Part shown: positions 12,344 through 24,918 of the stretch, piece after piece | Numbering within the stretch: the stretch's first letter is position 1 | How the letters are laid out: each line of letters opens with the position of its first letter | Assembly (NCBI RefSeq): GCF_024298765.1 | Contig: NZ_CP101210.1 | Reading direction: 5' to 3' (one strand) | DNA: 64,000 nt | Origin: Escherichia coli | GTDB lineage: Bacteria; Pseudomonadota; Gammaproteobacteria; Enterobacterales; Enterobacteriaceae | The notes under the pieces: model-generated | Seen by the model: the letters and a program-made list of their open reading frames with translations, nothing else | Database searches by the model: none | Told to the model about the DNA's origin: nothing | Translations under genes and position numbers: made by a program

Positions 12344-13763
12344 TCTTTTTCTCCTGCGCCTGATGTTTCTTAAACCAGCTGCGGAAGCTCTCGCCGTCAG
12401 CATCAGGCAGATCGCGCGCCTCCATCCAGTCACCAATCGCGCCAACCTTGAGCGGGGTTTTGCCGCCATTGAGAAACCAGCTCGCCGCATGCGCGCCCGC
12501 CATCATCCCGACTTTCCACAGCCCCGGATGGCTATTGGCATAGGCGAACATCTTGATCGCCCGTCGCTCGGCTTTCGGCGTAATGCCCTCCTCGGCCATC
12601 ACCCGGCGATGACGCAGGATCAGTTTTGACAACGGAATACGCACCGGGCAGACGCTGTCACAAGCCGTGCACAAAGAACAGGCGTACGGCAGGTCTTTAA
12701 AATCTTTATAGCCGCCGAGCAGCGGAGAAATCACCGCGCCGATAGGGCCGGGATAGATAGAGCCATAGCCGTGCCCGCCGATGTGGCGGTACGCCGGACA
12801 GGTGTTCATACAGGCTCCGCAGCGGATGCAGCGCAGCACATCGCGAAACTCTGAGCCCAGCACCTGCGAGCGACCGTTATCGACAATCACCAGATGGAAC
12901 TCTTCCGGTCCGTCAACGTTGTCCGCCTCACGCGGGCCGGTCAGCCAGGTGTTGTAGCCCGTCAGACGTGCGCCCACGGCGCTGCGCGCCAGCATGGTAA
13001 TCAGCACATCCACCTCGGCAAAGGTCGGCGCGATACGCTCCATGCCCATCACCGCAATGTGCGTTTTCGGTAGCGTGGTGCACATGCGCGCGTTGCCTTC
13101 GTTGGTCACCAGACACACCGAGCCGGTTTCCGCCACGGCAAAGTTACAGCCAGTAATACCGATTTCGGCACTGAGGAAATCCTCGCGGATCTTCTGACGA
13201 ATGAACAAGGTCATAGCTTCCGGGGTTTCCGGGCCGTCGTACCCCAGACGTTCGTTCAGCACGCGGCGGATCTGGTAGCGATCTTTATGAATCGCCGGAA
13301 CCACGACGTGCGAAGGCGGATCCTGATCCAACTGCAGGATATATTCCCCGAGATCGGTTTCGATCACCTGGATTCCGGCATCCTGCAACACATGGTTGAC
13401 GCCGATTTCTTCGGTCACCATCGACTTGGACTTCACCACCTTCTGCGCATTTTTACTCTGCGCGACCTGCAAAATGTAGCGAGTGGCATCTTCTTTGGTT
13501 TTGGCGAAATAGACGTGTCCGCCGTTTTCCGTCACTTTCTCGGAGAGTTGGTACAGGTAAGTGTCGAGGTTGCTCAGAACGTGATCGCGGATCTGGCTGG
13601 CACGATCGCGCCATTCTTCCCAGTGGCCTAACTCATCGACCATTTTTTGCCGATTCGCGCCGATACGCTCCTGCGCATTAGCCACGGCTTTGCGCATAAT
13701 CGGATCTTCTATCTGCTGACGAATACGCAGTTTAAATTCTACATCGCTGGTTTTTATCGACAT
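12336..13763 (-). CDS. ykgF: Lactate utilisation iron-sulfur protein B (LutB/YkgF)
   Basis: 475 aa; two 4Fe-4S ferredoxin-type Cys clusters (CIRCGACMNTCP and CSLCTACDSVCP). Confidence 0.85.
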   Translation of the reverse strand: MSIKTSDVEFKLRIRQQIEDPIMRKAVANAQERIGANRQKMVDELGHWEEWRDRASQIRDHVLSNLDTYLYQLSEKVTENGGHVYFAKTKEDATRYILQVAQSKNAQKVVKSKSMVTEEIGVNHVLQDAGIQVIETDLGEYILQLDQDPPSHVVVPAIHKDRYQIRRVLNERLGYDGPETPEAMTLFIRQKIREDFLSAEIGITGCNFAVAETGSVCLVTNEGNARMCTTLPKTHIAVMGMERIAPTFAEVDVLITMLARSAVGARLTGYNTWLTGPREADNVDGPEEFHLVIVDNGRSQVLGSEFRDVLRCIRCGACMNTCPAYRHIGGHGYGSIYPGPIGAVISPLLGGYKDFKDLPYACSLCTACDSVCPVRIPLSKLILRHRRVMAEEGITPKAERRAIKMFAYANSHPGLWKVGMMAGAHAASWFLNGGKTPLKVGAIGDWMEARDLPDADGESFRSWFKKHQAQEKKNG

Positions 13764-13773
13764 CTCTTTCCCC

Positions 13774-14493
13774 TCAGCGGCTCATCAGCACTTCAGCAAT
13801 ATGCATCACTTTGACCGGCTGGCCTTCCCGTTGCAGTCGACCGCCAATGTTCAGCAGGCAGCTAACGTCTGCGCCAATCAAAAATTCCGGCTTTGCGTCC
13901 ATCAGATGTAATACTTTCTCTTTCACCATCTCACCGGATATCTCGGCCATCTTGACCGAGAACGTCCCGCCAAAGCCGCAACAGGTATCCTGATCGGCAA
14001 ACGTCAACAGCTCCAGTCCGCGCACGTTTTTCAGCAGCGTAAGCGGCTCTTCCTTCACTCCCAGTTTGCGGGTCAGGCTACAGGAAGGATGATACACAGC
14101 GCGGCCCTGCAGGCTGGCACCAACGTCCACCACACCCAGTTTGTTGACGATAAAGGAGGTGAGATCCTGCATACGCGCGGAAACTTTCTCAGCACGCAGC
14201 GCCCATTCCGGTTCATCGGCCAGATACGTCGGGTAGCTTTTAACCGCGTAGGTGCAGGAGCCCGCCGGGGAGATAATCGGATCGTCGTTGTCTTCCAGCG
14301 CGGCGATCAGGTTTTTCATCCCGGGGATCGCCTCTTTGATGTAACCGCTGTTGATGGCTGGCTGACCGCAACACCCTTGCTTCTCGGGGAAATTAACGCG
14401 ACAACCCAGTTTTTCCAGCAGCAATACGGAGTCTCGTGCCATCCGTGATTTCAGTGCGTCACCAATACAGGTGACAAAGAAATTTACATTCAC
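13774..14493 (-). CDS. ykgE: Lactate utilisation protein A (LutA/YkgE), Cys-rich CCG-domain oxidoreductase subunit
   Basis: 239 aa MNVNFFVTCIGDAL...; Cys-rich motifs (CCGQP, CCGFGG). Confidence 0.85.
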   Translation of the reverse strand: MNVNFFVTCIGDALKSRMARDSVLLLEKLGCRVNFPEKQGCCGQPAINSGYIKEAIPGMKNLIAALEDNDDPIISPAGSCTYAVKSYPTYLADEPEWALRAEKVSARMQDLTSFIVNKLGVVDVGASLQGRAVYHPSCSLTRKLGVKEEPLTLLKNVRGLELLTFADQDTCCGFGGTFSVKMAEISGEMVKEKVLHLMDAKPEFLIGADVSCLLNIGGRLQREGQPVKVMHIAEVLMSR

Positions 14494-14567
14494 AATAACT
14501 ACTCCATTGCTTCATTTCTGTTTATTGCGCTTGATATCGCGATATCAAACAAATGTTCATTCGTATT

Positions 14568-16265
14568 TCATGCCCAGTTTTTATGTTTGCTGGTTTTACC
14601 AATACCTGGATTCATAGTGTTGGTCGGATCATTTTCCTGATAAAAACGTGCCAAATTTTCCTGCGCTTTATACAGATGGCCGACATTGTGTTCCGCCGGA
14701 TATTGCGCTCCGCGTTGGCGCAGTAATTCCAGCATCTGTTCTTTTAACGCGTGGGCATCTACGCCTTTTTTAACGATATAATCCTGATGGAATACATGGC
14801 ACATAAAATGGCCGTAATAGAGTTTATGCACCAACTGACTGTCAATTTCCGCCGGTAAATGCTCATACCATTCGGTATCATTGCGGCGTAATGCAATATC
14901 CAGCGCGAGAATATCCTCAACCTCGTCAGAATGAACGGCCTGATAACGAATGGCAGCACCCGCGGCGGCAAAACGATGCAGAAACGCCTTACTGCCCTCT
15001 TCCGCGGTACAGGTAAAGAACGCGCCCTCGGCCGATTTAAAATAGTCCGTTAACCATGCCTGGGCTTCGGCCACACCCTCACCGGACATTTTCAACATCA
15101 GATGGTGTTCATAGTTATCGCGCCAGGTCTTCATCCGCGCCGGGAGATGGCTCGGGAACAGATGGCTAAAAGCCTGCATCGCGCGGTCGGTAAAGTGCGG
15201 GCGAAAGATCTTCACCTTCTCAAGTATGGCCTCGGTACGCCCCTTCAGGTTGAAGAAGAACGGCATTTTGTCCGTGCCAAGTTTGTCGATCATCAGGAAG
15301 GTATCTTTGCTGTATTTCTCTGCAATATCATAGATATCGCGGTGCATATACTCCCCAGCAACCGGCAGGTTTGTAAAATTCGCCAGGATGTGGCGGCGAA
15401 TCTCAGTCAGGACATCAGTCTGATTGGTACCGATATAAAAGACCTGCTGGTTCTTCTCGGCTTCAAAGGTATCCAGACGTACGGCAAACACCGCTAACTT
15501 GCCCGCACAGCCAGAGGATTCAAACAGGCGATCCGGGTCAGCGTTGTAACGTGCTGGCGTGTCGGCATTGATGTCCCGCACGCGGCTAACATAGTCGTGA
15601 TCGTGCGCGTGACGCCCGTCATGGTTGACGAGCACGGCTTCAATCGCATTGTTATCCAGCCGGGCAAGGATTTGCTCTGGCGTCTGACCTAGCTCAATGC
15701 CGAGGTGATTGACCAGCTGCAAGCGTCCCTGTTCATCAATACGGGCAAACAGCGACATCTCGGTATAAGCCGGGCCACGCTGGACCAGAGAACCGCCGGA
15801 GTTATTACAGATACCGCCGATAACCGACGCGCCGATGCACGAAGAGCCAATCACCGAATGCGGCTCACGGCCAAACGGCTTCAGCGCCTTTTCCAGCGAA
15901 TACAGCGTGGTGCCCGGATAAGCCAGCACCTGCTTACCCTCATCCAGCACATGCAGACTGTCCAGCCGCAGCGTGCTGATAATGACGATCTCGCGGTCGT
16001 AATCATTACCATTGGGCGTCGAACCCTCAGTCAGGCCAGTGTTCGACGCCTGCATCAGGATTATTTTATCGGCCTCAACGCAGGCGCTAAGGACTTTCCA
16101 GAGTTCAAGCAAAGAGCCGGGGATAACCACCGCCAGAGCATCACCCTGACCCGAGCGAAAACCCTTACGGTAACGCGCAGTTTTTGACGGTTCGGTGAGG
16201 ATATGAGCAGGGCCAACCAATTGGGTAAGAGTTGTCAAAAAGGTCTTATTATCAGTATGTTTCAT
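14568..16265 (-). CDS. dld: FAD-dependent, quinone-linked D-lactate dehydrogenase (Dld family)
   Basis: ORF 14568..16313; preferred start at MKHTDNKTFL (16265) with ggag about 10 nt upstream; FAD-binding signature GSSCIGASVIGGICNNSGGS; ~565 aa, full length for Dld. Confidence 0.7.
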   Translation of the reverse strand: MKHTDNKTFLTTLTQLVGPAHILTEPSKTARYRKGFRSGQGDALAVVIPGSLLELWKVLSACVEADKIILMQASNTGLTEGSTPNGNDYDREIVIISTLRLDSLHVLDEGKQVLAYPGTTLYSLEKALKPFGREPHSVIGSSCIGASVIGGICNNSGGSLVQRGPAYTEMSLFARIDEQGRLQLVNHLGIELGQTPEQILARLDNNAIEAVLVNHDGRHAHDHDYVSRVRDINADTPARYNADPDRLFESSGCAGKLAVFAVRLDTFEAEKNQQVFYIGTNQTDVLTEIRRHILANFTNLPVAGEYMHRDIYDIAEKYSKDTFLMIDKLGTDKMPFFFNLKGRTEAILEKVKIFRPHFTDRAMQAFSHLFPSHLPARMKTWRDNYEHHLMLKMSGEGVAEAQAWLTDYFKSAEGAFFTCTAEEGSKAFLHRFAAAGAAIRYQAVHSDEVEDILALDIALRRNDTEWYEHLPAEIDSQLVHKLYYGHFMCHVFHQDYIVKKGVDAHALKEQMLELLRQRGAQYPAEHNVGHLYKAQENLARFYQENDPTNTMNPGIGKTSKHKNWA

Positions 16266-16700
16266 GGAGGGCGGCTCTCCGCTCCTTATATCAGGGCCAG
16301 TGAAAATGGCCATAAGTTCATTTGTACGACAAAACAGAATATTCCCTCAATCAATATCCACATGCAATACCCCATTTTATTTCTTTCGGCACCGCTCACA
16401 TTTTTTAATGAAATTACCACTACCACATAATTCATACTCCGTTCTTTTACTGGATGCCAAAACGCTTATTTCATTTATTGCAAAGACCATTTCATACCTA
16501 TTAATGATTAACTCTAATGGGTATTATTATATTTAGTGGTTATTCATATTTAATAAAAAAATAACATTATTTATACAATTATTAACCTTTGTAACTTTAT
16601 TTCACTGAAGCGATTCAGTTTGCATTTTTTATTTTATTATTAAGGTAGCCTCCTTCCCCCTAAATATAGTTAAGTCTAAAAAAGTAAATCGGGAATTGTA

Positions 16701-18254
16701 ATGCACGAATATTTAATGTTTGCTCTGGCACTCTCTCCTTTGCTGCTGATGGTATTTTTAATACTGAAATTAAAAATGCCCATCCATTATTCCGTACTGA
16801 TCTCTTTGGTATTCACCGCTGCACTATCGGCAATATTCTGGGAAATGCCCACACAGAATCTGAAAGCCGCGATAGGCTATGGTGCACTGAAGGGACTATG
16901 GCCGATCGTAATTGTTATCCTCGGCGCTATCTTCAGTTATAACGTCATGCAGGCGACCAAAGCGCTGGATATTCTGCGCGATATTCTCGCCAGCATTAGC
17001 GAAGATAAGCGTATTCAGGTGCTGCTGATTTCATGGTGTTTTGGTGGATTTCTTGAAGCCGCTGCGGGCTATGGCACGGCGGTCGCTATTCCGATCGGTA
17101 TTCTCATTGCGCTGGGATTCAACCCGTTGAAGGCGGCGATTGCTTCCCTCGTAGCAAATACCGTTCCGACCGCATTTGGCGCGGTTGGAATCCCGGTTTC
17201 TATTCTGGCAGAGCAGGTTAATCTGCCGGTTTATACCTTAGGCGGAACCATTATTTTGCAGCTCGCGCTGTTTAATATCCTGCTGCCGTTTGTGATTGTC
17301 TGCATTATTGGCGGTGGCCTGAAAGCCATTCGCGGCGTATTTCTGATCACGTTGATTTGCGGCATTTCCACGCTGGTTCCGCAATATTTTGTCGCCATCC
17401 ATCTTGGCGCGGAATTACCCGCCTTTGCCGGTAGCCTGGTCAGCCTGTTTGCCGTGGCGATGGTCAGTCGCCTGCGCAAAGGGAAAACCGATCCCGAGTG
17501 GCGCATTGAGGTCAGCCATACCCGCGAAACCACGCCGCGCTCGGCAAAAGTGTTGTTCCGGGTTGGCTCTATTTATCTGTTTATTTTTGTGTTTATCCTG
17601 CTGTGTTCGCCGCTGTTCCCGACAATAAAAGGCGCGGCATCCCAACTGGCTTCGGTGCTGCATTTCACGTTGGCTGACGGCAAAACGATGGCGCTGAAAG
17701 TTGAATGGGCGACCACACCGGGGATGCTGATCATCTTTGCGACCATTATCGGCGGTTTTATTCAGGGAGCGTCCGCACGTGGGATGCTGGAAGTATTTAT
17801 CAAAACGATTTTCCAGCTTAAAAACTCTATCGTCGCAATTATGGCGATCGTCGCGCTGGCCACGGTGATGGATCTCAGCGGGATTATCTCCACGCTGGCC
17901 CAGTCGATTGTCGATCTGACCGGCAGCTCGTACGTCTTCCTCGCCCCGGTGATTGGCGCGCTGGGCACGTTCGTGACCGGCAGCGATACCAACTCGAACA
18001 TTCTGTTCGGCAAGCTGCAAACCATTGCCGCCAGCAAGTTACATATCGATCCTAACTGGCTGGCGGCGGCCAATACCTCTGGCGCTACGGGGGGGAAAAT
18101 GATTTCGCCGCAAAGCATCGCCATCGCAGTTTCTGCCACCAAAATGGACGGTCAGGCCAACCAGATTATGTCTGGCACCATGAAATACTGCTGCGCCTAC
18201 ATTGTGATCCTCGGCCTGAAAGTCGGTCTGTTTTATTACTGGTTTATGGCGTAA
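16701..18254 (+). CDS. Lactate permease family (LctP) transporter, a paralog distinct from LldP
   Basis: 517 aa multi-pass membrane protein with the LctP signature GSDTNSN; divergently oriented from dld across an AT-rich intergenic region. Confidence 0.8.
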   Translation: MHEYLMFALALSPLLLMVFLILKLKMPIHYSVLISLVFTAALSAIFWEMPTQNLKAAIGYGALKGLWPIVIVILGAIFSYNVMQATKALDILRDILASISEDKRIQVLLISWCFGGFLEAAAGYGTAVAIPIGILIALGFNPLKAAIASLVANTVPTAFGAVGIPVSILAEQVNLPVYTLGGTIILQLALFNILLPFVIVCIIGGGLKAIRGVFLITLICGISTLVPQYFVAIHLGAELPAFAGSLVSLFAVAMVSRLRKGKTDPEWRIEVSHTRETTPRSAKVLFRVGSIYLFIFVFILLCSPLFPTIKGAASQLASVLHFTLADGKTMALKVEWATTPGMLIIFATIIGGFIQGASARGMLEVFIKTIFQLKNSIVAIMAIVALATVMDLSGIISTLAQSIVDLTGSSYVFLAPVIGALGTFVTGSDTNSNILFGKLQTIAASKLHIDPNWLAAANTSGATGGKMISPQSIAIAVSATKMDGQANQIMSGTMKYCCAYIVILGLKVGLFYYWFMA

Positions 18255-18511
18255 ACCATTGTCAACCCCGTCAAATTCGCGGCAATCGAATTTGACGACA
18301 TAGTGACCAAAAAGGTTTACACCGCCCCGGGAACGGAACGAGGCAACAGACTTTACGATTTGTCGGCGCTGACTAAAATAGCGCCGATGTTTCAAATCGA
18401 GGATTGTTGTTATGTTGTTCTGGAAAAAGATGGTGAAGAAGTTCGACGCCTTTTCCGGTGATGCTGCCAACTTACTGATTTAGTGTATGATGGTGTTTTT
18501 GAGGTGCTCCA

Positions 18512-18787
18512 GTGGCTTCTGTTTCTATCAGCTGTCCCTCCTGTTCAGCTACTGACGGGGTGGTGCGTAACGGCAAAAGCACCGCCGGACATCAGCGCTA
18601 TCTCTGCTCTCACTGCCGTAAAACATGGCAACTGCAGTTCACTTACACCGCTTCTCAACCCGGTACGCACCAGAAAATCATTGATATGGCCATGAATGGC
18701 GTTGGATGCCGGGCAACCGCCCGCATTATGGGCGTTGGCCTCAACACGATTTTACGTCACTTAAAAAACTCAGGCCGCAGTCGGTAA
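18512..18787 (+). CDS. insA: IS1 InsA (DNA-binding protein / transposition inhibitor)
   Basis: 91 aa with zinc-finger CPSC...CSHC; classic IS1 InsA. Confidence 0.9.
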
Positions 18788-19209
18788 CCTCGCGCATACA
18801 GCCGGGCAGTGACGTCATCGTCTGCGCGGAAATGGACGAACAGTGGGGCTATGTCGGGGCTAAATCGCGCCAGCGCTGGCTGTTTTACGCGTATGACAGG
18901 CTCCGGAAGACGGTTGTTGCGCACGTATTCGGTGAACGCACTATGGCGACGCTGGGGCGTCTTATGAGCCTGCTGTCACCCTTTGACGTGGTGATATGGA
19001 TGACGGATGGCTGGCCGCTGTATGAATCCCGCCTGAAGGGAAAGCTGCACGTAATCAGCAAGCGATATACGCAGCGAATTGAGCGGCATAACCTGAATCT
19101 GAGGCAGCACCTGGCACGGCTGGGACGGAAGTCGCTGTCGTTCTCAAAATCGGTGGAGCTGCATGACAAAGTCATCGGGCATTATCTGAACATAAAACAC
19201 TATCAATAA
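18706..19209 (+). CDS. insB: IS1 InsB (transposase catalytic part, expressed as InsAB' by -1 frameshift)
   Basis: 167-aa ORF overlapping the insA 3' end in the -1 frame. Confidence 0.85.
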
Positions 19210-19688
19210 GTTGGAGTCATTACCAATGGTGGTAACCGTATAGTCCCAAATAAAGATAAAAATGCTTCATTCTTACTCACCATTCCATTTGCTAAGTCTG
19301 TTATTGATGAAATATTGAGTAAAGAAAATCTGTCATGGTGCTCGAAAAATACTTTGCCAATATTGCATGCTTTTAGTATTAGAGCTTTAACCTCCTAATT
19401 GCTGAAGTAATGATACAAGCTACAGTATTGGTGACGAATCTATAGACAAGGAGATAAAAACCAAATATCAGAATTATTTTTGATAGTGCTGGTAAAGAAG
19501 CGGTGTTTGATATCAGCATGTTTATCGGAAAAAAGCTTACCTGGAGCTTTGAAAAATTGCAAAGCAGGGCCTGACAATGAAGGCCCTAATACTGTACTGA
19601 ATGTTAACTCAGTACCAAATTACAAGGAAAAGTATTTTTTCTGGTAAGATTCTGTATACATAATAAATCACCTTATAGTTACAATAGG

Positions 19689-20170
19689 TCAAAAACCGCT
19701 GTAGCCAAAGTTACGCTGGCCTGATGCTTTAGTGTCGAGCTTCGTCAAATAATCCAGACGTACCAATAAGCGCTGGTACTGCTCTGGGAAATCAGGCTCG
19801 TTAATATCCAGGATGTAACGTCCATTAGCAGGGAAATGAACTAATCCCTGGTGATCTTCCAGTTCCAACCCTAAGGCACTGTACCAGGCTCCGGTAATTA
19901 ACCCTCTCAGTGTGTCAGAGCGCTCATAGTTTCCCAGGTGGTAATAGGCGTCTTTGTTAAAAAAAGGCAGACGTGATAATGACATTTAAAGGACTGCGTA
20001 TATTCTTTCGCCCAGATAATACAAACCGCCGTTGCGTAGGTGCGTTTGCCTTGTTGTTTTTTACTGTGTTGATCTGCATTAATTTTCGCATTCAGCGAGT
20101 TACGGAAACGAGATATCTCTCCGGGGATCAGGTTAGGGAAACAGGTAATGATATCCCCGTTGTCAATCAC
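19689..20170 (-). pseudogene. Hypothetical gene, apparently frameshifted (two overlapping minus-strand ORFs 20170->19907 and 19985->19689)
   Basis: Two same-strand ORFs overlap in different frames between IS1 copy 1 and IS2; no family recognised. Could be unrelated spurious ORFs. Confidence 0.25.
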
Positions 20171-20260
20171 AGGAGGGTAATGGAGATCCCCCCGTATTGC
20201 TGTTATTCTGGAAGTGTTTTTAATATTCGTATTGATAGTTCTCAGAGATTGGATTTGCCC

Positions 20261-21166
20261 CTATATTTCCAGACACCTGTTATCACTTAACCCATTACTG
20301 GCCCGCTGCCGTAGATATTCCCGTGGCGAGCGATAACCCAGTGCACTATGCGGGTGCCATTCGTTATAATGCTCGAACGCCTCTGCAAGGTTCTTTGCTG
20401 CCGTTAACCCGTCTGGTTTAGGCATGATACTGATGTAGTCACGCTTTATCGTTTTCACGAAGCTCTCTGCTATGCCGTTACTCTCCGGACTCTGCACCGC
20501 CGTGTTCTTCGGTTCAAGCCCTAATATCCGGGCAAACTGCCGTGTTTCATTAGCCCGGTAGCATGAACCATTATCCGTCAGCCACTCTACTGGAGACGCC
20601 GGAAGCTCGTTGCCGAAGCGGCGTTCCACCGCTCCTGGCATGACGTCCTGTACTGTTTCACTGTCGAAGCCGCCCGTAGTGACTGCCCAGTGCAGTGCCT
20701 CACGGTCACAGCAGTCCAGCGCGAACGTGACTCGCAGTTTTTCTCCGTTATCACAGCGGAACTCGAACCCGTCAGAGCACCATCGTTGATTGCTTTCTTT
20801 CACGGCCACTTTGCCAGTATGTGCCCGTTTCGATGGCGGTACAGCGGTTTTTCGCTCAAGCAACAGCGCATTCTGGCGCATGATCCGGTAAACACGTTTG
20901 GCATTGATCGCAGGCATACCATCAAGTTCGGCCTGTCTGCGAAGCAGCGCCCATACCCGACGATAACCATACGTGGGCAGCTCTCCGATAACATGGTGTA
21001 TACGGAGAAGCACATCCGTATCATCTGAGTGACGGCTGCGGCGACCATCTTTCCAGTCATCGGTTCGTCTGAGAATTACGTGCAACTGCGCACGCGACAC
21101 CCGGAGACAACGGCTGACTAAGCTTACTCCCCATCCCCGGGCAATAAGGGCGCGTGCGCTATCCAC
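20261..21166 (-). CDS. insD: IS2 transposase OrfB (InsD)
   Basis: 301 aa with DDE-transposase C-terminus ...[18 protein letters not shown]. Confidence 0.9.
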   Translation of the reverse strand: MDSARALIARGWGVSLVSRCLRVSRAQLHVILRRTDDWKDGRRSRHSDDTDVLLRIHHVIGELPTYGYRRVWALLRRQAELDGMPAINAKRVYRIMRQNALLLERKTAVPPSKRAHTGKVAVKESNQRWCSDGFEFRCDNGEKLRVTFALDCCDREALHWAVTTGGFDSETVQDVMPGAVERRFGNELPASPVEWLTDNGSCYRANETRQFARILGLEPKNTAVQSPESNGIAESFVKTIKRDYISIMPKPDGLTAAKNLAEAFEHYNEWHPHSALGYRSPREYLRQRASNGLSDNRCLEI

Positions 21167-21489
21167 TTTTTTGCACGCCCGTATTCAACGGCTTCTTTAA
21201 GGAGTTCATTTTCCATCGTTTTTTTGCCGAGCAGGCGCTGGAGTTCTTTAATCTGCTTTATGGCAGCAGCAAGTTCAGAGGCAGGAACGATCTGTTCTCC
21301 TGCGGCCACAGCAGTAAGACTTCCCTCCTGGTATTGCTTGCGCCAGAGAAATAACTGGCTGGCTGCCACACCGTGTTGCCGGGCAACAAGGGAGACCGTC
21401 ATTCCCGGTTCAAAGCTCTGCTGAACAATAGCGATCTTTTCCTGTGTAGTACGCCGTCTGCGTTTCTCCGGTCCTAAGACATCAATCAT
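21124..21489 (-). CDS. insC: IS2 OrfA (InsC), HTH protein
   Basis: Start at [26 protein letters not shown] within ORF 21124..21534. Confidence 0.85.
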   Translation of the reverse strand: MIDVLGPEKRRRRTTQEKIAIVQQSFEPGMTVSLVARQHGVAASQLFLWRKQYQEGSLTAVAAGEQIVPASELAAAIKQIKELQRLLGKKTMENELLKEAVEYGRAKKWIAHAPLLPGDGE

Positions 21490-21533
21490 CTGCTCTCCAA
21501 TGACTAGTCTAAAAACTAGTATTAAGACTATCA

Positions 21534-23450
<1,917 letters not shown>

Positions 23451-23463
23451 TACCGCAGGAGGC

Positions 23464-24918
23464 ATGATGGAGAGCATTAATAATCAAGTGCAGTCGGTAC
23501 GCCAGTTGCTGGCCATTCCCCAACTGGCCATCCCAAGCTATCAGCGACCTTACCGCTGGGGCTCCAAGAATATCTCGGATCTCTTTACCGATTTGGCAAC
23601 CCATCAGGACAAGAGCGCCTACCGGCTGGGCTCGGTGGTGTTTCATCAGCACACCGATAGTGAGCAGGGCGAAATGCTTGATATCGTCGATGGTCAGCAA
23701 CGCACCCTGACCCTGATGTTGACCGTCAAGGCGCTGATCGAGGTGCTGGATAACGAAAATCGCAGTGGCAAAGAGAAGAGTATCCGGTTTCAACGTCAGG
23801 ATCTGCGTGAGCAATTGCAGGTCTTGCGTGGACCTATCGATGCGTTTATGCAGCGCCAGCGCTTCCCCAGCCGGGATTCGGAGTTCAACCTCAGACGTAA
23901 CTATCTGGAGTTGCGTCGGCTGGTGGCCCGCCCTGAGTTTGACGAGCAGCAAATTGACTTTCTGCTCAACCGCTGTCAGGTGGTCTGCTTTGTACTGCAG
24001 GATATCTCGGAGGCGTTCCAGTTCTTCGATTCGCAAAATGCCCGGGGGCGCGATCTGGCTCCTCACGATCTGCTCAAGGCATTTCACCTGCGCGAGTTTG
24101 CCGGTCATGAGGCCAATCTCAAGGCCGAGGCGGTCGCCCATTGGGAGCGCCTGCCAAGCGACGAGCTGGCCAATCTGTTCGCCCTCTATCTCTATCGGGT
24201 ACGCCAGTGGGCCGAGGGCAAGTCGGCCCGCTACTTTGGCAAGGGGGAGGTGGATCTCTTCAAGGGGGTCAACCTAGATCGGGTAGGGCATTATCCTTAC
24301 GTGGAGTCGCTGCGCATCGCCCACCACTTTGTCGATGAGTACAACAGCCAGTACCAGCGCAAGATTGACGGCCAGTACATGACGTTTCCCTTTCATCTCG
24401 ACCAGATGATCATCAATGGTCGGCGCTTTTTCGAGATGGCCGAGTACTACCAGACGCGGGTGGCCGCCATCGTGGCCGAGGAGTCTGATTCCGGCAAGGC
24501 GCAATCTGCCACCCTGCTCGGCGAAACGCTGACACCGATGGCCAGCAAGGTGCTATCGACCCTGGGCAGCTACGAGCGTCGCCACCGCACCGGGGATCGT
24601 TATGTGCGGGCCATGTTCGACTGCGCCCTGATCTTCTATATCGACAAGTTCGGCAGCCAAGGGCTGTCACTGGCCATCGAGAAGTGCTTTATCTGGGCCT
24701 ATCGCTGCCGCATCCGCCAGCAGGTAGTGCAGTTGGCAACCATGGATAACTATGTGCTGGAGCACAATCTGATCCGTGCCATTCGTGATGCTCGTCTGCC
24801 GGGAGATCTGCACGGCTTCCCTTTGCCTAGCATGAGCAGTCGAGAGAACAAGAACAATCGCAATGGTGCCGAAGATGAGCTGGTCGGGCTGTTTCGGGAG
24901 ATGAAATATTATGAATGA
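23464..24918 (+). CDS. DUF262 (ParB/Srx-like NTPase fold) protein; candidate defence component, GmrS-like
   Basis: 484 aa; DUF262 signature [10 protein letters not shown] ... [13 protein letters not shown] and [18 protein letters not shown]; RBS aggagg before the ATG; 3' end overlaps the next gene by 8 bp. Confidence 0.75.
   Translation: MMESINNQVQSVRQLLAIPQLAIPSYQRPYRWGSKNISDLFTDLATHQDKSAYRLGSVVFHQHTDSEQGEMLDIVDGQQRTLTLMLTVKALIEVLDNENRSGKEKSIRFQRQDLREQLQVLRGPIDAFMQRQRFPSRDSEFNLRRNYLELRRLVARPEFDEQQIDFLLNRCQVVCFVLQDISEAFQFFDSQNARGRDLAPHDLLKAFHLREFAGHEANLKAEAVAHWERLPSDELANLFALYLYRVRQWAEGKSARYFGKGEVDLFKGVNLDRVGHYPYVESLRIAHHFVDEYNSQYQRKIDGQYMTFPFHLDQMIINGRRFFEMAEYYQTRVAAIVAEESDSGKAQSATLLGETLTPMASKVLSTLGSYERRHRTGDRYVRAMFDCALIFYIDKFGSQGLSLAIEKCFIWAYRCRIRQQVVQLATMDNYVLEHNLIRAIRDARLPGDLHGFPLPSMSSRENKNNRNGAEDELVGLFREMKYYE

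Larger units (their letters stand above)
18457..19224 (+). mobile_element. IS1 copy 1 (768 bp)
   Basis: Ends ggtgatgctgccaacttactgat... and ...aagttggagtcattacc; encodes InsA and InsB; flanking 9-mers gccttttcc / aatggtggt do not match. Confidence 0.9.

Noticed and set aside
11591-13631. Plus-strand ORFs 11591..12322, 11829..12098, 12249..12629, 12994..13197, 13287..13631 and the long upstream extension of ykgG to 12490
   Set aside because: Antisense to, or extensions of, the clearly recognisable lutC/lutB genes; the ykgG start is the internal Met overlapping the ykgF stop.
17231-18470. Minus-strand ORFs 17231..17533, 17415..18020, 17762..18142, 18039..18470 inside or beside the lactate permease gene
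   Set aside because: Antisense to a convincing 517-aa LctP-family transporter ORF; no independent support.
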